Below are positions 46,215 through 58,244 of a stretch of 64,000 bases of DNA, one piece after another (within the stretch, counting starts at the first letter, position 1; the number at the start of each line of letters is the position of its first letter). The notes beneath the pieces are model-generated. The model was not told the DNA's origin, did not search any database, and saw only the letters and a list, made by a program, of their open reading frames with translations. The DNA is from an uncultured Gammaproteobacteria bacterium (GTDB lineage: Bacteria > Patescibacteriota > Microgenomatia > Levybacterales > UBA12049). A program made the position numbers and the translations under genes. Where the stretch lies: positions 81,296 to 145,295 of the forward strand of contig CAZWXQ010000004.1 of NCBI GenBank assembly GCA_964637955.1, written 5' to 3'.

Positions 46215-48373
46215 TGGATAAAGCATATAATCATAAAGAAGTAGAAGACAAGATTTACCAAAAATGGGAAGAATCAGGAAGTTTTAAACCAGAAGTAAAT
46301 CCTGATGGAGAACCATATTCCATAGTTCTCCCGCCACCTAATGTTACTGGAACACTACACATAGGTCACGCCCTAATGCTTACGATTGAAGATATTCTTA
46401 TTCGCTACCACAGAATGAAGGGAGACAAGACCCTTTGGCTTCCTGGAACAGATCACGCCGCTATTGCAACTCAATCTAAAGTAGAAGAAAGACTTTATAA
46501 AGAAGAAGAAAAAACTAGACACGATCTTGGTAGGGAAGAGTTTTTGGAAAAAGTTGAAGCCTTTGCTTTAGAGAGTCACGATACAATTGTTTCTCAAATG
46601 AGAAAAATGGGAGCCTCTGTTGATTGGAGTAGGGAAGCCTATACGCTTGATGAGGCAAGAAGCTTGGCGGTTCGTACTGCATTTAAAAAGATGTATGAAG
46701 CGGGACTTATATATCAAGGTGAAACGATTGTTAATTGGGATCCTAAGCTTCAAACCACTGTTTCAGATGATGAAATAGACTGGCGCGAAGAATCAACAAA
46801 TCTTTATTATCTTAAGTACGGGCCTTTTGAGATTGTTACAGCTAGGCCTGAAACTAAATTTGGCGATAAGTATGTAGTTATGCACCCAGACGACATAAGA
46901 TATAAAGACTATAAGGATGGTCAAGAGATAGAGTTAGAGTGGATAAGCGGAAAGATTAAGGCAACCGTCATAAAAGACGAAGCAATAGATATGGAGTTCG
47001 GAACTGGAGTCATGACCATAACTCCATGGCATGATAAAGCAGATTTTGAAATAGCTAAAAGACATAATTTAGACTCAGAACAAATTATTGATTTTAATGC
47101 AAAGCTTCTTCCTATCGCAGGAGAATTATCCGGCCAGCACATTAAAAAGGCGAGGCCGATGATTGTGGAAAAATTAAAAGAAAAAGGGCTTCTAGTAAAG
47201 GTTCAAGAGAGTTATGTGCATAAAATTGCAACAAATTATAGAGGAGGAGGCATAATAGAGCCTCAAATAAAAAAACAGTGGATGGTAGGAGTAGATAGGG
47301 AATTTGTATTGGAGCATTCGGAAATAGAAGGAGTAGAATCGGGATCTAAGACGACTCTTAAGAAGATAATGAAGCATGTCGTTGATAGTAATCAAGTGAA
47401 AATTGTGCCAAGTCATTTTTCAAAGACATATTATAATTGGATTGATATTTTGCATGATTGGGTAATTTCTCGACAAATTTGGTATGGGCATCAAATCCCC
47501 GTTTGGTATAAAGGCAGCGAGATATATGTTGGGATCCAGGCTCCTCAAGATGAAGGATGGGAGCAAGATCCAGATACTTTAGACACTTGGTTCTCATCTG
47601 GTCTTTGGACATTTTCAACTTTAGGTTGGCCGAATGAGACACAGGATTTGAAGACATTTCACCCAACGTCTGTTTTAGAAACTGGCTACGACATCCTTTT
47701 TTTCTGGGTTGCTCGCATGATTCTTATGACCACTTTTAATTTAGGACAAGTTCCATTTAAAACAGTTCTTTTGCATGGCTTGGTAAGGGACGCAGAAAAA
47801 CAAAAAATGAGTAAAAGCAAAGGGAATGTAATTAATCCGGTTGATATTATCGATAACTATGGAACAGATGCCTTGAGGCTCGCATTGGTATTTTCAACTG
47901 CTACCGGGAACGACATCCCTATGTCGGAAGATAAAATACGTGGAATGAAATACTTTACAAATAAGCTTTGGAACATGGGGAGATTTATAAATGATTTTAA
48001 GCCTGAAGTTTATAGTCAAGAGATTTCGGAAAAAGATCGGGAAATAATCGGTAAAAGTGAAGCTGTTGCAAAAGAGGTAACGAGTATGATTGAGGCTTTT
48101 AGGCTTCATGACGCAGCTCAGCTTTTATATGATTTTGCATGGCATGAATTTGCAGATGTTTACATAGAAGAGGCAAAAGGGAGAAGGGAAGAGTCTCAAA
48201 TGGCGCTTGAGATAGTTTATCTGACAATTCTTAAATTACTTCATCCTTTCATGCCATTCGTGACAGAAGAAATCTTCGGTAAAATATCGGGAAATAATCG
48301 GTTATTAATTACGGAAAAATGGCCCGCCAGCCTCGCAAGCGAGAGCGTTGCGGGCAGGCCCGATGAAAAATAA
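46214..48373 (+). CDS. valS: valine--tRNA ligase (reduced form lacking C-terminal coiled coil)
   Basis: PPPNVTGTLHIGHAL (HIGH region diagnostic for ValRS); KMSKSKGN; editing-domain segments. Confidence 0.85.
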   Translation: MDKAYNHKEVEDKIYQKWEESGSFKPEVNPDGEPYSIVLPPPNVTGTLHIGHALMLTIEDILIRYHRMKGDKTLWLPGTDHAAIATQSKVEERLYKEEEKTRHDLGREEFLEKVEAFALESHDTIVSQMRKMGASVDWSREAYTLDEARSLAVRTAFKKMYEAGLIYQGETIVNWDPKLQTTVSDDEIDWREESTNLYYLKYGPFEIVTARPETKFGDKYVVMHPDDIRYKDYKDGQEIELEWISGKIKATVIKDEAIDMEFGTGVMTITPWHDKADFEIAKRHNLDSEQIIDFNAKLLPIAGELSGQHIKKARPMIVEKLKEKGLLVKVQESYVHKIATNYRGGGIIEPQIKKQWMVGVDREFVLEHSEIEGVESGSKTTLKKIMKHVVDSNQVKIVPSHFSKTYYNWIDILHDWVISRQIWYGHQIPVWYKGSEIYVGIQAPQDEGWEQDPDTLDTWFSSGLWTFSTLGWPNETQDLKTFHPTSVLETGYDILFFWVARMILMTTFNLGQVPFKTVLLHGLVRDAEKQKMSKSKGNVINPVDIIDNYGTDALRLALVFSTATGNDIPMSEDKIRGMKYFTNKLWNMGRFINDFKPEVYSQEISEKDREIIGKSEAVAKEVTSMIEAFRLHDAAQLLYDFAWHEFADVYIEEAKGRREESQMALEIVYLTILKLLHPFMPFVTEEIFGKISGNNRLLITEKWPASLASESVAGRPDEK

Positions 48374-48436
48374 AATCTTCACAAGCTCTTTTTTTAGATT
48401 TAATTTTTAATCTATAATTTTGACCGAAAGGAAAGT

Positions 48437-48850
48437 ATGGCGAAAAAGAAAAAATTTTATAAGAAAGCAAAGCCAAAAGAAGAAAAAAAAGAATTCCCGA
48501 TTAATTCCCGAAAAATAACCGAAATAATCCATTCCGACCATTTAGTATTTTTGACTGGGTTAATTTGTTTAATTGCAGCCTTGGTGGTAATTGGCATTGA
48601 TTTAAATTCGAATTACAAATTAGATAAACAGTTTGAGAAAGAAAAAGGAGAGTCAGCCTCAAACTTGGTATTCTGGCAAAATCAGGTTAAAGAAAAGCCA
48701 AATTATAGAGATGCTTACTTTAGTCTTGCTTTAGTATATTATCAAATAAAAGATTTTAAAAGTTCTTCGGAAAATCTAGAAAAAGCAATGGATTTAGATC
48801 CAAATTTTGAAAAAGGGAAAGAGTTAGAGGAAATACTTAAAAATTACTAA
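48437..48850 (+). CDS. TPR-like repeat protein with N-terminal TM anchor
   Basis: Basic N-terminus, TM LVFLTGLICLIAALVVIGI, TPR-like YRDAYFSLALVYYQIKDFKSSSENLEKAMDLDPNF. Confidence 0.5.
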   Translation: MAKKKKFYKKAKPKEEKKEFPINSRKITEIIHSDHLVFLTGLICLIAALVVIGIDLNSNYKLDKQFEKEKGESASNLVFWQNQVKEKPNYRDAYFSLALVYYQIKDFKSSSENLEKAMDLDPNFEKGKELEEILKNY

Positions 48851-48851
48851 A

Positions 48852-49550
48852 CTATTCTTGAGGCTTTGATTCTTCAGAAGGAGCTTCATCTGATGATTCT
48901 CCAGTTTCAGATCCTTCACTTTCAGCACCAGCTTCGCCTTCGGCACTTGCAGCTTCAGCTGCTGCAGCATCAGCTTCTGCTTGTTCTTGTGCCTCTTTAC
49001 TTACTAGCTCACCAATTTTAGCTAGAACTAGGGTTTGATCTGAAATAATTTCAACTCCAGCTGGACGATGAAGCATCTCAACCGTTATTTGATCGCCAAC
49101 ATTTGCAAGTGGTTCTACGTTAAGTTCAAATTTTTCTGGAAGTTCGGTAGGTAATGCTTCAACTTCAACTTCATTTGTGATTTTTTCAAGGAGTCCGATT
49201 TTTTCTGTTTCTGCTTTTGCTTCGCCTGTGAATTCAACAGGGATCATGGCAGTAACTTTTTCTTTAAGATTTACTTTGAAAAAATCTGCATGGAGAGGAG
49301 TTCTTCTGTAGTCGGTGTGAAGATTGTGGATAAGAACTGGAACTGTGTCTTTTCCGTACGTAAGGTCAATGACTCCAGTTTCTCCTGCTTCATCAAAAAC
49401 TTTCATGAAATCAGTTAAGGGAAGTTGAAGAGATTGAGATTTAATATCCTTTCCGTAAACGTTTGCTGGAAGGATTCCATCTCGTCTTAGTTTCTTGACT
49501 TGTTTTCCTGTAATTTTTCTAGGCTCCGCTGTTAGTTTAAATCTTTTCAT
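48852..49550 (-). CDS. rplY: 50S ribosomal protein L25 (Ctc form, acidic C-terminal tail)
   Basis: MKRFKLTAEPRKITGKQVKKLRRDGILPANVYGK N-terminus; C-terminal E/A-rich extension. Confidence 0.8.
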   Translation of the reverse strand: MKRFKLTAEPRKITGKQVKKLRRDGILPANVYGKDIKSQSLQLPLTDFMKVFDEAGETGVIDLTYGKDTVPVLIHNLHTDYRRTPLHADFFKVNLKEKVTAMIPVEFTGEAKAETEKIGLLEKITNEVEVEALPTELPEKFELNVEPLANVGDQITVEMLHRPAGVEIISDQTLVLAKIGELVSKEAQEQAEADAAAAEAASAEGEAGAESEGSETGESSDEAPSEESKPQE

Positions 49551-49643
49551 TTGATTAAAAAAGTGTTGTTTTTAACTACAACTGTGCAATTATAGCAAAT
49601 AATTAATACATAAACAAATTTAGTGGTGTTATAATTTAAACCT

Positions 49644-50132
49644 ATGATCATTCTTGGTGTGGATCCGGGCATTGGTAGGTGTGGATGGGGAGTTGTCGAA
49701 GTTAGCTCTGGTAAGGCAAAAGCTTTGGATTTTGGATGCATAGAAACAACGCCTAATGGAAAGATTGAAGAAAGACTTTCTATTATAAACACCAAGATTA
49801 AAAGCCTGATAAAAGATTATAATCCCGACTGCATGTCTATTGAAGAATTATTTTTTGGATCCAATAGCAAGACAGCTTTGGTTGTTGGGCAAGCCAGGGG
49901 AGTAATACTTTTATCAGCGGGAGAAAATAAAATTCCAACAGCAGTTTATACTCCGCTTCAGGTTAAGATGGCAATTACTGGATATGGCAGAGCAGATAAA
50001 AATCAAATTGCCCAAATGGTAAAGATTTTATTAAAGTTAAAAGAGTTGCCAAAAATAGATGACACAACTGATGCCTTAGCTATTGCGCTAACTCATGCAT
50101 TTTCTGCTAAAATGGGAAAACTTAGCGTTTAA
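49644..50132 (+). CDS. ruvC: Holliday junction resolvase RuvC
   Basis: MIILGVDPGIGRCGWGVV N-terminus with catalytic Asp; ruvCAB order. Confidence 0.85.
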   Translation: MIILGVDPGIGRCGWGVVEVSSGKAKALDFGCIETTPNGKIEERLSIINTKIKSLIKDYNPDCMSIEELFFGSNSKTALVVGQARGVILLSAGENKIPTAVYTPLQVKMAITGYGRADKNQIAQMVKILLKLKELPKIDDTTDALAIALTHAFSAKMGKLSV

Positions 50133-50136
50133 AAAT

Positions 50137-50712
50137 ATGATTGCATCTCTTCGAGGAAAAGTAATTTTAAAAGACGGACTATATATAATAGTAGACGTTA
50201 GTGGTGTTGGCTACAGGGTTATTGTCTCCGAAAAAGTTTGGTCAACAGTTCATGTAGATGAATCAATATTTTTATTTATCTATTCCCACATAAGAGAAGA
50301 TGCATTTGAGCTGTTCGGATTTCTAGAAACAGGAGACATAAAACTTTTTGAAAATTTAATTAGTGTAAATGGGGTTGGACCAAAAACCGCAATGTCGGTA
50401 TTTTCATTTTCTAGTCGGGAAGAGATAGTAAATGCTGTTCTTAAGGGCGATGTCCCATTTTTTACGAGAGTGCCACGCTTGGGTAAGAAAAATGCTCAAA
50501 AAATAATAATTGAATTGAAATCTAAGTTTAAAGACACTAACAGTCTTGATTTGACAAATGATGAGTCTGAGGCCAATGCTGATGTTTTTGAGGCATTAAA
50601 GAATTTTGGTTTTTCCCATAAGGAAATTAGCGATTCCCTTAAGAATATTGACCAAAACATAACTTCAACGGACGAAAAAATTAAGGCAGCATTAAAATAT
50701 TTAGCAAAATAA
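50137..50712 (+). CDS. ruvA: Holliday junction branch-migration protein RuvA
   Basis: MIASLRGKV start (ATG 50137, in frame with track ORF 50095); HhH motifs GVGPKTA. Confidence 0.85.
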   Translation: MIASLRGKVILKDGLYIIVDVSGVGYRVIVSEKVWSTVHVDESIFLFIYSHIREDAFELFGFLETGDIKLFENLISVNGVGPKTAMSVFSFSSREEIVNAVLKGDVPFFTRVPRLGKKNAQKIIIELKSKFKDTNSLDLTNDESEANADVFEALKNFGFSHKEISDSLKNIDQNITSTDEKIKAALKYLAK

Positions 50713-50715
50713 AAG

Positions 50716-51753
50716 ATGAGTAAAGATAAAAATATAAAAGAGGAAACGCCAACGCCAGAAGAAGAGGTGATGTTCGTTTCTCTTAGGGCGAAAGACTGGG
50801 GTGAATTTTATGGTCAGGAAAATATAAAAAAATCTCTTCGGATTGCGATGTCTGCAGCCCAAAAAAGAGATGAGCCAATAGAGCATGTTCTTTTGTACGG
50901 ACCTCCGGGTCTTGGGAAAACTACGATTTCTCACATAATCGCAAGAGAAATGAATGCGTCAATTAAAGTTACAAGTGGTCCCGCTATTGAAAGAGCAGGA
51001 GATCTTGCATCTATTCTAACTAATCTTGAAAAAGGTGATGTCTTATTTATTGATGAGATTCATAGGTTAAATAAGATTGTTGAAGAAACTCTTTATCCTG
51101 CAATGGAAGATTTTGCGTTGGACATAGTAATTGGCAAAGGGCCAAGTGCTCGCACCCTTAGACTTGATCTTCCTCAGTTTACGATAGTTGGAGCTACGAC
51201 AAAAATCGGCATGCTTTCTGCTCCTCTTAGAGATAGATTTGGGGTAGTTTATAGGATGAATTTTTATACGCCTTTCGAACTAGAGGAGATAATAAGACGT
51301 GGTGCTGACAAATTAAAAACTCCCATTGACGGTGAAAGTGTAAAAGAGATTTCAATTAGAGCACGCGGTACACCAAGAATTGCCTTGAAGCTTTTAAAGC
51401 GGGTTCGTGATTATGCGCAGGTTAATGGAGATGGAAAGATTACAAAAGAGCTAACAAAAAATGCCCTAGATTTGCTTGAAGTCGATTCGATGGGGCTTGA
51501 TAACAATGACATCAGATACCTTCGTGCATTGATAGAAAAGCATAATGGAGGACCAGTTGGGCTTGAAACTATGGCATCAACTATTTCTGAAGATATCTCA
51601 ACCATTGAAGATGTTATTGAGCCTTATCTTATGCAAACAGGATTTCTTAAAAGATCTCCAAGGGGGCGTGTTGCGACAAAGTTAGCCTATGAGCATTTAG
51701 GCCTTCCGTATCAAGAAGAAGAAAAATCAAAATCTCAACAAAAACTCATATGA
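50716..51753 (+). CDS. ruvB: Holliday junction ATPase RuvB
   Basis: Walker [12 protein letters not shown], Walker [10 protein letters not shown], sensor motifs. Confidence 0.9.
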   Translation: MSKDKNIKEETPTPEEEVMFVSLRAKDWGEFYGQENIKKSLRIAMSAAQKRDEPIEHVLLYGPPGLGKTTISHIIAREMNASIKVTSGPAIERAGDLASILTNLEKGDVLFIDEIHRLNKIVEETLYPAMEDFALDIVIGKGPSARTLRLDLPQFTIVGATTKIGMLSAPLRDRFGVVYRMNFYTPFELEEIIRRGADKLKTPIDGESVKEISIRARGTPRIALKLLKRVRDYAQVNGDGKITKELTKNALDLLEVDSMGLDNNDIRYLRALIEKHNGGPVGLETMASTISEDISTIEDVIEPYLMQTGFLKRSPRGRVATKLAYEHLGLPYQEEEKSKSQQKLI

Positions 51754-52358
51754 CTAAAGATGAATTATTAGAACAGCAAGATAAGTTACAGAAAGAAGCG
51801 CACAATCTTTTGGAAGAAACAGGATTGCTTGAATTTTTATCGCGGTTTGGAAGAGTTGAAATTGGAGGCTCAGTTGATTCAGGGTTAATGACATGGCCTG
51901 ATATCGATATGGGAGTAATTTCAGAAAATATTGATGATGAAAATTATTGGAAAATTGTTAAGCATCTGTTTTATTTAAAAGATTATTATCACTCTTTGTA
52001 TATTCAAGATTTTAGAGAAAGTGTAAATCCCGATTCTCCAAAAGGCTTGTACATTGGTTTAAAAATAAAATTTAACAATAAAATCTGGAAGGTAGATATC
52101 TGGTATGTAAATCCAAGGAATGGAGATAATAAAAATTTTAATGACTGGCTTAAAGAAAATATCAATAAGGATAATAAGATAATAATTCTGGAAATAAAAA
52201 ATCAAGTTCACGAGAAGCCAAATTATAAAAGCAATAAACCGAAGCCGGGAAAAGAAATTTCTAGTATAGATATTTATAAAGCTGTGATTGAAGATGGAGT
52301 GAAAGATCTAGAAGGTTTTGAAAAATACTTAGTTAAATCTGGAAGAAGTTTGGATTAA
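51750..52358 (+). CDS. hypothetical protein, possible nucleotidyltransferase-fold protein
   Basis: [18 protein letters not shown] (GS...D.D pattern of Pol-beta-like NTases); 202 aa. Confidence 0.4.
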   Translation: MTKDELLEQQDKLQKEAHNLLEETGLLEFLSRFGRVEIGGSVDSGLMTWPDIDMGVISENIDDENYWKIVKHLFYLKDYYHSLYIQDFRESVNPDSPKGLYIGLKIKFNNKIWKVDIWYVNPRNGDNKNFNDWLKENINKDNKIIILEIKNQVHEKPNYKSNKPKPGKEISSIDIYKAVIEDGVKDLEGFEKYLVKSGRSLD

Positions 52359-53263
52359 TTTTCTAAAGTGTCAAAAATTTTTTTAGAAATTTCTGCAATT
52401 GTTGATTTAGTTTGTTCTTCCTGACCTCCTACATCCGAAGTCAAAATCCCTAAGTAATACACACCTTTATCTGTCTTGATTAGTCCAACATCGTGAACAT
52501 ATCCCTCTTCATCTCCGGTTTTATGATAGACGATGGTATTTGATGGTAAATCTTTTGGAATTCTGTCTTCGAAATCTGTATCTGTCATAAAATCCAATAA
52601 TTCTTTAGTGTTTGCGTTATCAGCGATTTGTCCTTTGTAGATTTTTTCAAAAAGGATACTCATGTCTTTTGCTGAAGTTTTATTTTCTATCATATTCGTC
52701 TGTTTTAATCCCCATGAATTAACCAGTTTTTGAACATTATCTTCACCAATTTTAATTTCTATAACGTGGGCTGCGGTGTTATCAGATTCCTTAAGAGCAA
52801 GTTTTGCCAAGTTTCTAAGTGAATAAGTTTGTGGCATTTCTTGATATCTGATAGAACCTGTTCCGTAATCTTGAACATCATCTTTTTGAATAGTAATTCT
52901 GTCATCAAGATCGACTTTGCCTTCCTTTGCTAACAAATAAAGAGCTGCGACAATAGGAACTTTATTAACTGATGCACCTGTGTTAATTTGATTTTCATCA
53001 ATTCCTAATTCCTTTCCGCTTTCTAGATCTTTGAAGTAAATTGAATAAAATCCTTTTTTATTTTCTGTAGATTTTTTAATTTCTGCTTTTAAGTCTTCTT
53101 CTTTAGTATTAGTAGAAAGATTTATTGTTGGAAGGAAAGTCATATGTCTTCCTAAAAATATAAAGAATACTGCAAATACTATTATTGCGCCAAGTCGTCT
53201 CTTGAAATAATTTGGAGGTTGCTGATCATCAAATCGGTTTTCCATGAATTTAAATTGTATCAA
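52355..53263 (-). CDS. serine hydrolase, class A beta-lactamase-like
   Basis: SxxK (SVNK), SDN (KESDNTAAH) and KTG (YHKTGDE) motifs in canonical order; N-terminal TM anchor. Confidence 0.65.
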   Translation of the reverse strand: MIQFKFMENRFDDQQPPNYFKRRLGAIIVFAVFFIFLGRHMTFLPTINLSTNTKEEDLKAEIKKSTENKKGFYSIYFKDLESGKELGIDENQINTGASVNKVPIVAALYLLAKEGKVDLDDRITIQKDDVQDYGTGSIRYQEMPQTYSLRNLAKLALKESDNTAAHVIEIKIGEDNVQKLVNSWGLKQTNMIENKTSAKDMSILFEKIYKGQIADNANTKELLDFMTDTDFEDRIPKDLPSNTIVYHKTGDEEGYVHDVGLIKTDKGVYYLGILTSDVGGQEEQTKSTIAEISKKIFDTLEN

Positions 53264-54797
53264 TTTTTGGTCGATATTGTAGAGCTTCAGCTATATGATT
53301 TGGTTTTACTTCTTTGGAATTATCTAAGTCTGCGATGGTTCTTCCGACTTTTAAAATTTTACTGTATGATCTGGCTGATAAATTTAGTTTACTAACTGCC
53401 ATTTTGAGAATTTCTGTCGATTCATCAGAAAGAGGGCAATATAGCTTAATAAGCTTTGAGTTCATTTCAGAGTTCGAGACTATTCTGCCTTGTCCTCTGG
53501 CAGGTTGGTCTTTTTTAAATCTTTTGGTTTGCATGTCTCGTGCTTTTTGAACATTGAGCCTAATCTCTTTAGATGATGGTCCAGTTGAGGATTTATTTGA
53601 AACAAGTTTTTCAGTATTGACTGCTGGCACATCAAGATGAATGTCAATTCTGTCCATCATTGGGCCTGAAATTTTTTTCTGGTATCTTAAAATTTCTGAA
53701 GTAGAATCTCGACACTCGTGAGTAGGGTTCCCTAGATATCCGCATGGACAAGGATTTTGAGCAGCAACAAGAATAAATTTGGCTGGAAAAGTTATTCTAC
53801 CGCTTGCTCTTGAAATAGTGACAAATCCGTCTTCCATGGGTTGGCGCATAGCTTCCAAAACTTGACGAGGAAATTCAGGAAATTCATCTAAGAATAAAAC
53901 TCCTCTATGAGCAAGTGAAATCTCGCCAGGACGGGGGATATTGCTGCCTCCAATAAGTCCAATATGAGAAGTGGTGTGGTGAGGAGATCTGAATGGTCTT
54001 TTTATAATTAATTTTTCTTTATCAAGAAGGCCAGAAATACTATAAATCTTAGTAATTTCTATTGCTTCTTCAAATGTGGGTTTTGGCAAGATTGACGGAA
54101 ATGTTCTGGCAAGTAATGTTTTTCCAGCTCCGGGTGGACCTTTTAGCAAGATATTATGTCCTCCTGCAGCTGCAATTTCAAGCGCTCTTTTTGCTTGCTC
54201 TTGACCCTTTATGTCTTTTAAGTCAAATTCAAAATCTTCTTCGGAAATCTTATCTAGCTTAGTGGAGGATTGCTTTTTAATTATTTTAGTTCCCGATAAA
54301 TGATCTAGAAGTTCGTGTAGAGATTTTAGAGGAATAATTTCAGCACCTTTTATTATTGCTGCTTCTTGGGCATTCTCTTCGGGGAGAAAAAAAGTAATAT
54401 ATTTTTTCTCTTTTGCTAAGATTGATTGAGGGAGAGCTCCGCCCGTGCTTCTAAGTTTGCCTTCAAGTGAAAGTTCTCCCATAAATAAAAATTTACTCAC
54501 GTCGACTTTTATTTGCTCGCTTGCGAGTAATATGCCTAGTGCTATCGGAAGATCATAAAGTGCTCCTTCTTTGGGTAAATCAGCAGGAGCAAGATTTATG
54601 GTAATTCTTTTTGCGGGGAATTCTGCGCCGGTGTTTTTAATTGCTGATCTTACTCTTTCCTTAGCCTCCTCAACTGCTTTATCGGGAAGTCCAACTATTG
54701 CTAGGGAAGGTAGTCCTTGAGATGCAACATCCACTTCTACCTCGACGGGAACAGCGTTAAGTCCTATTATGGCCGAGGAATTAACTTTGGCAAGCAT
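53250..54797 (-). CDS. comM: YifB/ComM family Mg-chelatase-like AAA+ ATPase
   Basis: MLAKVNSSAIIGLNAVPVEVEVDV N-terminus, Walker A LLKGPPGAGKTL. Likely start at the internal ATG (54797) rather than the track start at 54899. Confidence 0.8.
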   Translation of the reverse strand: MLAKVNSSAIIGLNAVPVEVEVDVASQGLPSLAIVGLPDKAVEEAKERVRSAIKNTGAEFPAKRITINLAPADLPKEGALYDLPIALGILLASEQIKVDVSKFLFMGELSLEGKLRSTGGALPQSILAKEKKYITFFLPEENAQEAAIIKGAEIIPLKSLHELLDHLSGTKIIKKQSSTKLDKISEEDFEFDLKDIKGQEQAKRALEIAAAGGHNILLKGPPGAGKTLLARTFPSILPKPTFEEAIEITKIYSISGLLDKEKLIIKRPFRSPHHTTSHIGLIGGSNIPRPGEISLAHRGVLFLDEFPEFPRQVLEAMRQPMEDGFVTISRASGRITFPAKFILVAAQNPCPCGYLGNPTHECRDSTSEILRYQKKISGPMMDRIDIHLDVPAVNTEKLVSNKSSTGPSSKEIRLNVQKARDMQTKRFKKDQPARGQGRIVSNSEMNSKLIKLYCPLSDESTEILKMAVSKLNLSARSYSKILKVGRTIADLDNSKEVKPNHIAEALQYRPKIDTI

Positions 54798-54816
54798 ACT
54801 AATATAATAGCACTTA

Positions 54817-56145
54817 TTAATTTTTTGAAGATAATCCAGAACGGTCGAAAGCAATATGAATATTTTTAAGATAAAATTTGGGATCAAAAAGTTCGTCAAT
54901 CTCTCTCGTATTTAAAAGTTCATTAATTTTTTGATCATTTAATACTAATTTTTTAAGTTCTATTTTTTCGTCAAGTGCTTTTTGAACCAACTCTCTTATC
55001 AAATCATAGGCTTGTGTTCTTGAGTATTTTTCAGTCTCAATCAGCGCATTTAGCAAGCGAGAGCTGTAGATTGCCCCATAAGTCATATTTATATTTTCCT
55101 TCATTTTATCTGGGAAAACTTCTAGGTTTTCTATAATAAATATGGTTAACCTCGTGGCATAGGTAAGTGTTTCAAATAGATCAGGAAAGACATAGCGTTC
55201 TGTTGAAGAATGACTTATGTCTCTTTCAAATAAGAGCCTTGAGGATTCAGCCTCTTCATTTATCTTGTTTCGAATTACTCTATCTAGGCCAATAATTCGC
55301 TCAGATAATTCAGGATTTCTCTTGTGTGGCATTGCGCTTGAGCCGGCATGAGTTAATCCCTCGAATGGTTCTTTTACTTCTCCAACCTCGGTCATTGCTA
55401 AGTGTCTAATATTCTCAGCAATTCGGGCAAGCGTACCGCTGTTGATTATCATTAATCCAACTACCTCAATATGTCTATCTCGACTGATGACTTGCGTTGG
55501 TGCTTCATCGGGCTTGAGTCCTAATTTTACAAGAGTTTGTTTTTCTAGGTTTGGTTCCAGGTGAACATGAGTTCCGATTTCGCCTGATAATTTTCCAAAA
55601 GCTATTATTTTTTTTGCCTGTTCAATTCTTTCAATGCCGCGTTTCACCTCAGCGTACCAACCTACAACTTGTCTGCCAAAGGTTTGAGGTATTGCATGTT
55701 GTCCGTGGGTTCGTCCGATTTGAATAGTATCTTTATGTTTTTGGGCAAGTTTTCCCAAAGCTTTCCCCAATTTATTAAAATCACTCTCTGATATTTTCAG
55801 AGATTCAATTATTTGTAAAGAAAGACTTGTATCAAGAACATCATTGCTTGTATTTCCCAAATGAATAAAGTTTCCAATTTCAGGAGAGAGACGTGATTGT
55901 GTTCTCCTAAGTAATTTATTTGTTTCATGCCCTTTTCCTTCCTGGAGAACTGAAATATCCTCATCGGTTAATTTTAAAGCGGATCTAATTAGTTTTAATT
56001 GTTTTAGTGTAGGATTGCCATAAAGCTCATTTCGAGCTTCGCATTCGGCTTCCCAAATTTTAGTTTGAGTTCGAAAATATCCTTCAGGTTCCCAAATCTT
56101 TACAATATCTGGAACTTGTTCGGCATAGCGTATAGGTGCTGGCAT
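54817..56145 (-). CDS. purB: adenylosuccinate lyase
   Basis: Fumarate-lyase signature GSSAMPHKRNP. Confidence 0.85.
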   Translation of the reverse strand: MPAPIRYAEQVPDIVKIWEPEGYFRTQTKIWEAECEARNELYGNPTLKQLKLIRSALKLTDEDISVLQEGKGHETNKLLRRTQSRLSPEIGNFIHLGNTSNDVLDTSLSLQIIESLKISESDFNKLGKALGKLAQKHKDTIQIGRTHGQHAIPQTFGRQVVGWYAEVKRGIERIEQAKKIIAFGKLSGEIGTHVHLEPNLEKQTLVKLGLKPDEAPTQVISRDRHIEVVGLMIINSGTLARIAENIRHLAMTEVGEVKEPFEGLTHAGSSAMPHKRNPELSERIIGLDRVIRNKINEEAESSRLLFERDISHSSTERYVFPDLFETLTYATRLTIFIIENLEVFPDKMKENINMTYGAIYSSRLLNALIETEKYSRTQAYDLIRELVQKALDEKIELKKLVLNDQKINELLNTREIDELFDPKFYLKNIHIAFDRSGLSSKN

Positions 56146-56163
56146 AATTAAATTATAATAATA

Positions 56164-58186
<2,023 letters not shown>

Positions 58187-58244
58187 TTAACCTCTAGGAT
58201 TTTATAACACCTAACTCGCACTTGCAATACTCACGTGGTACAAT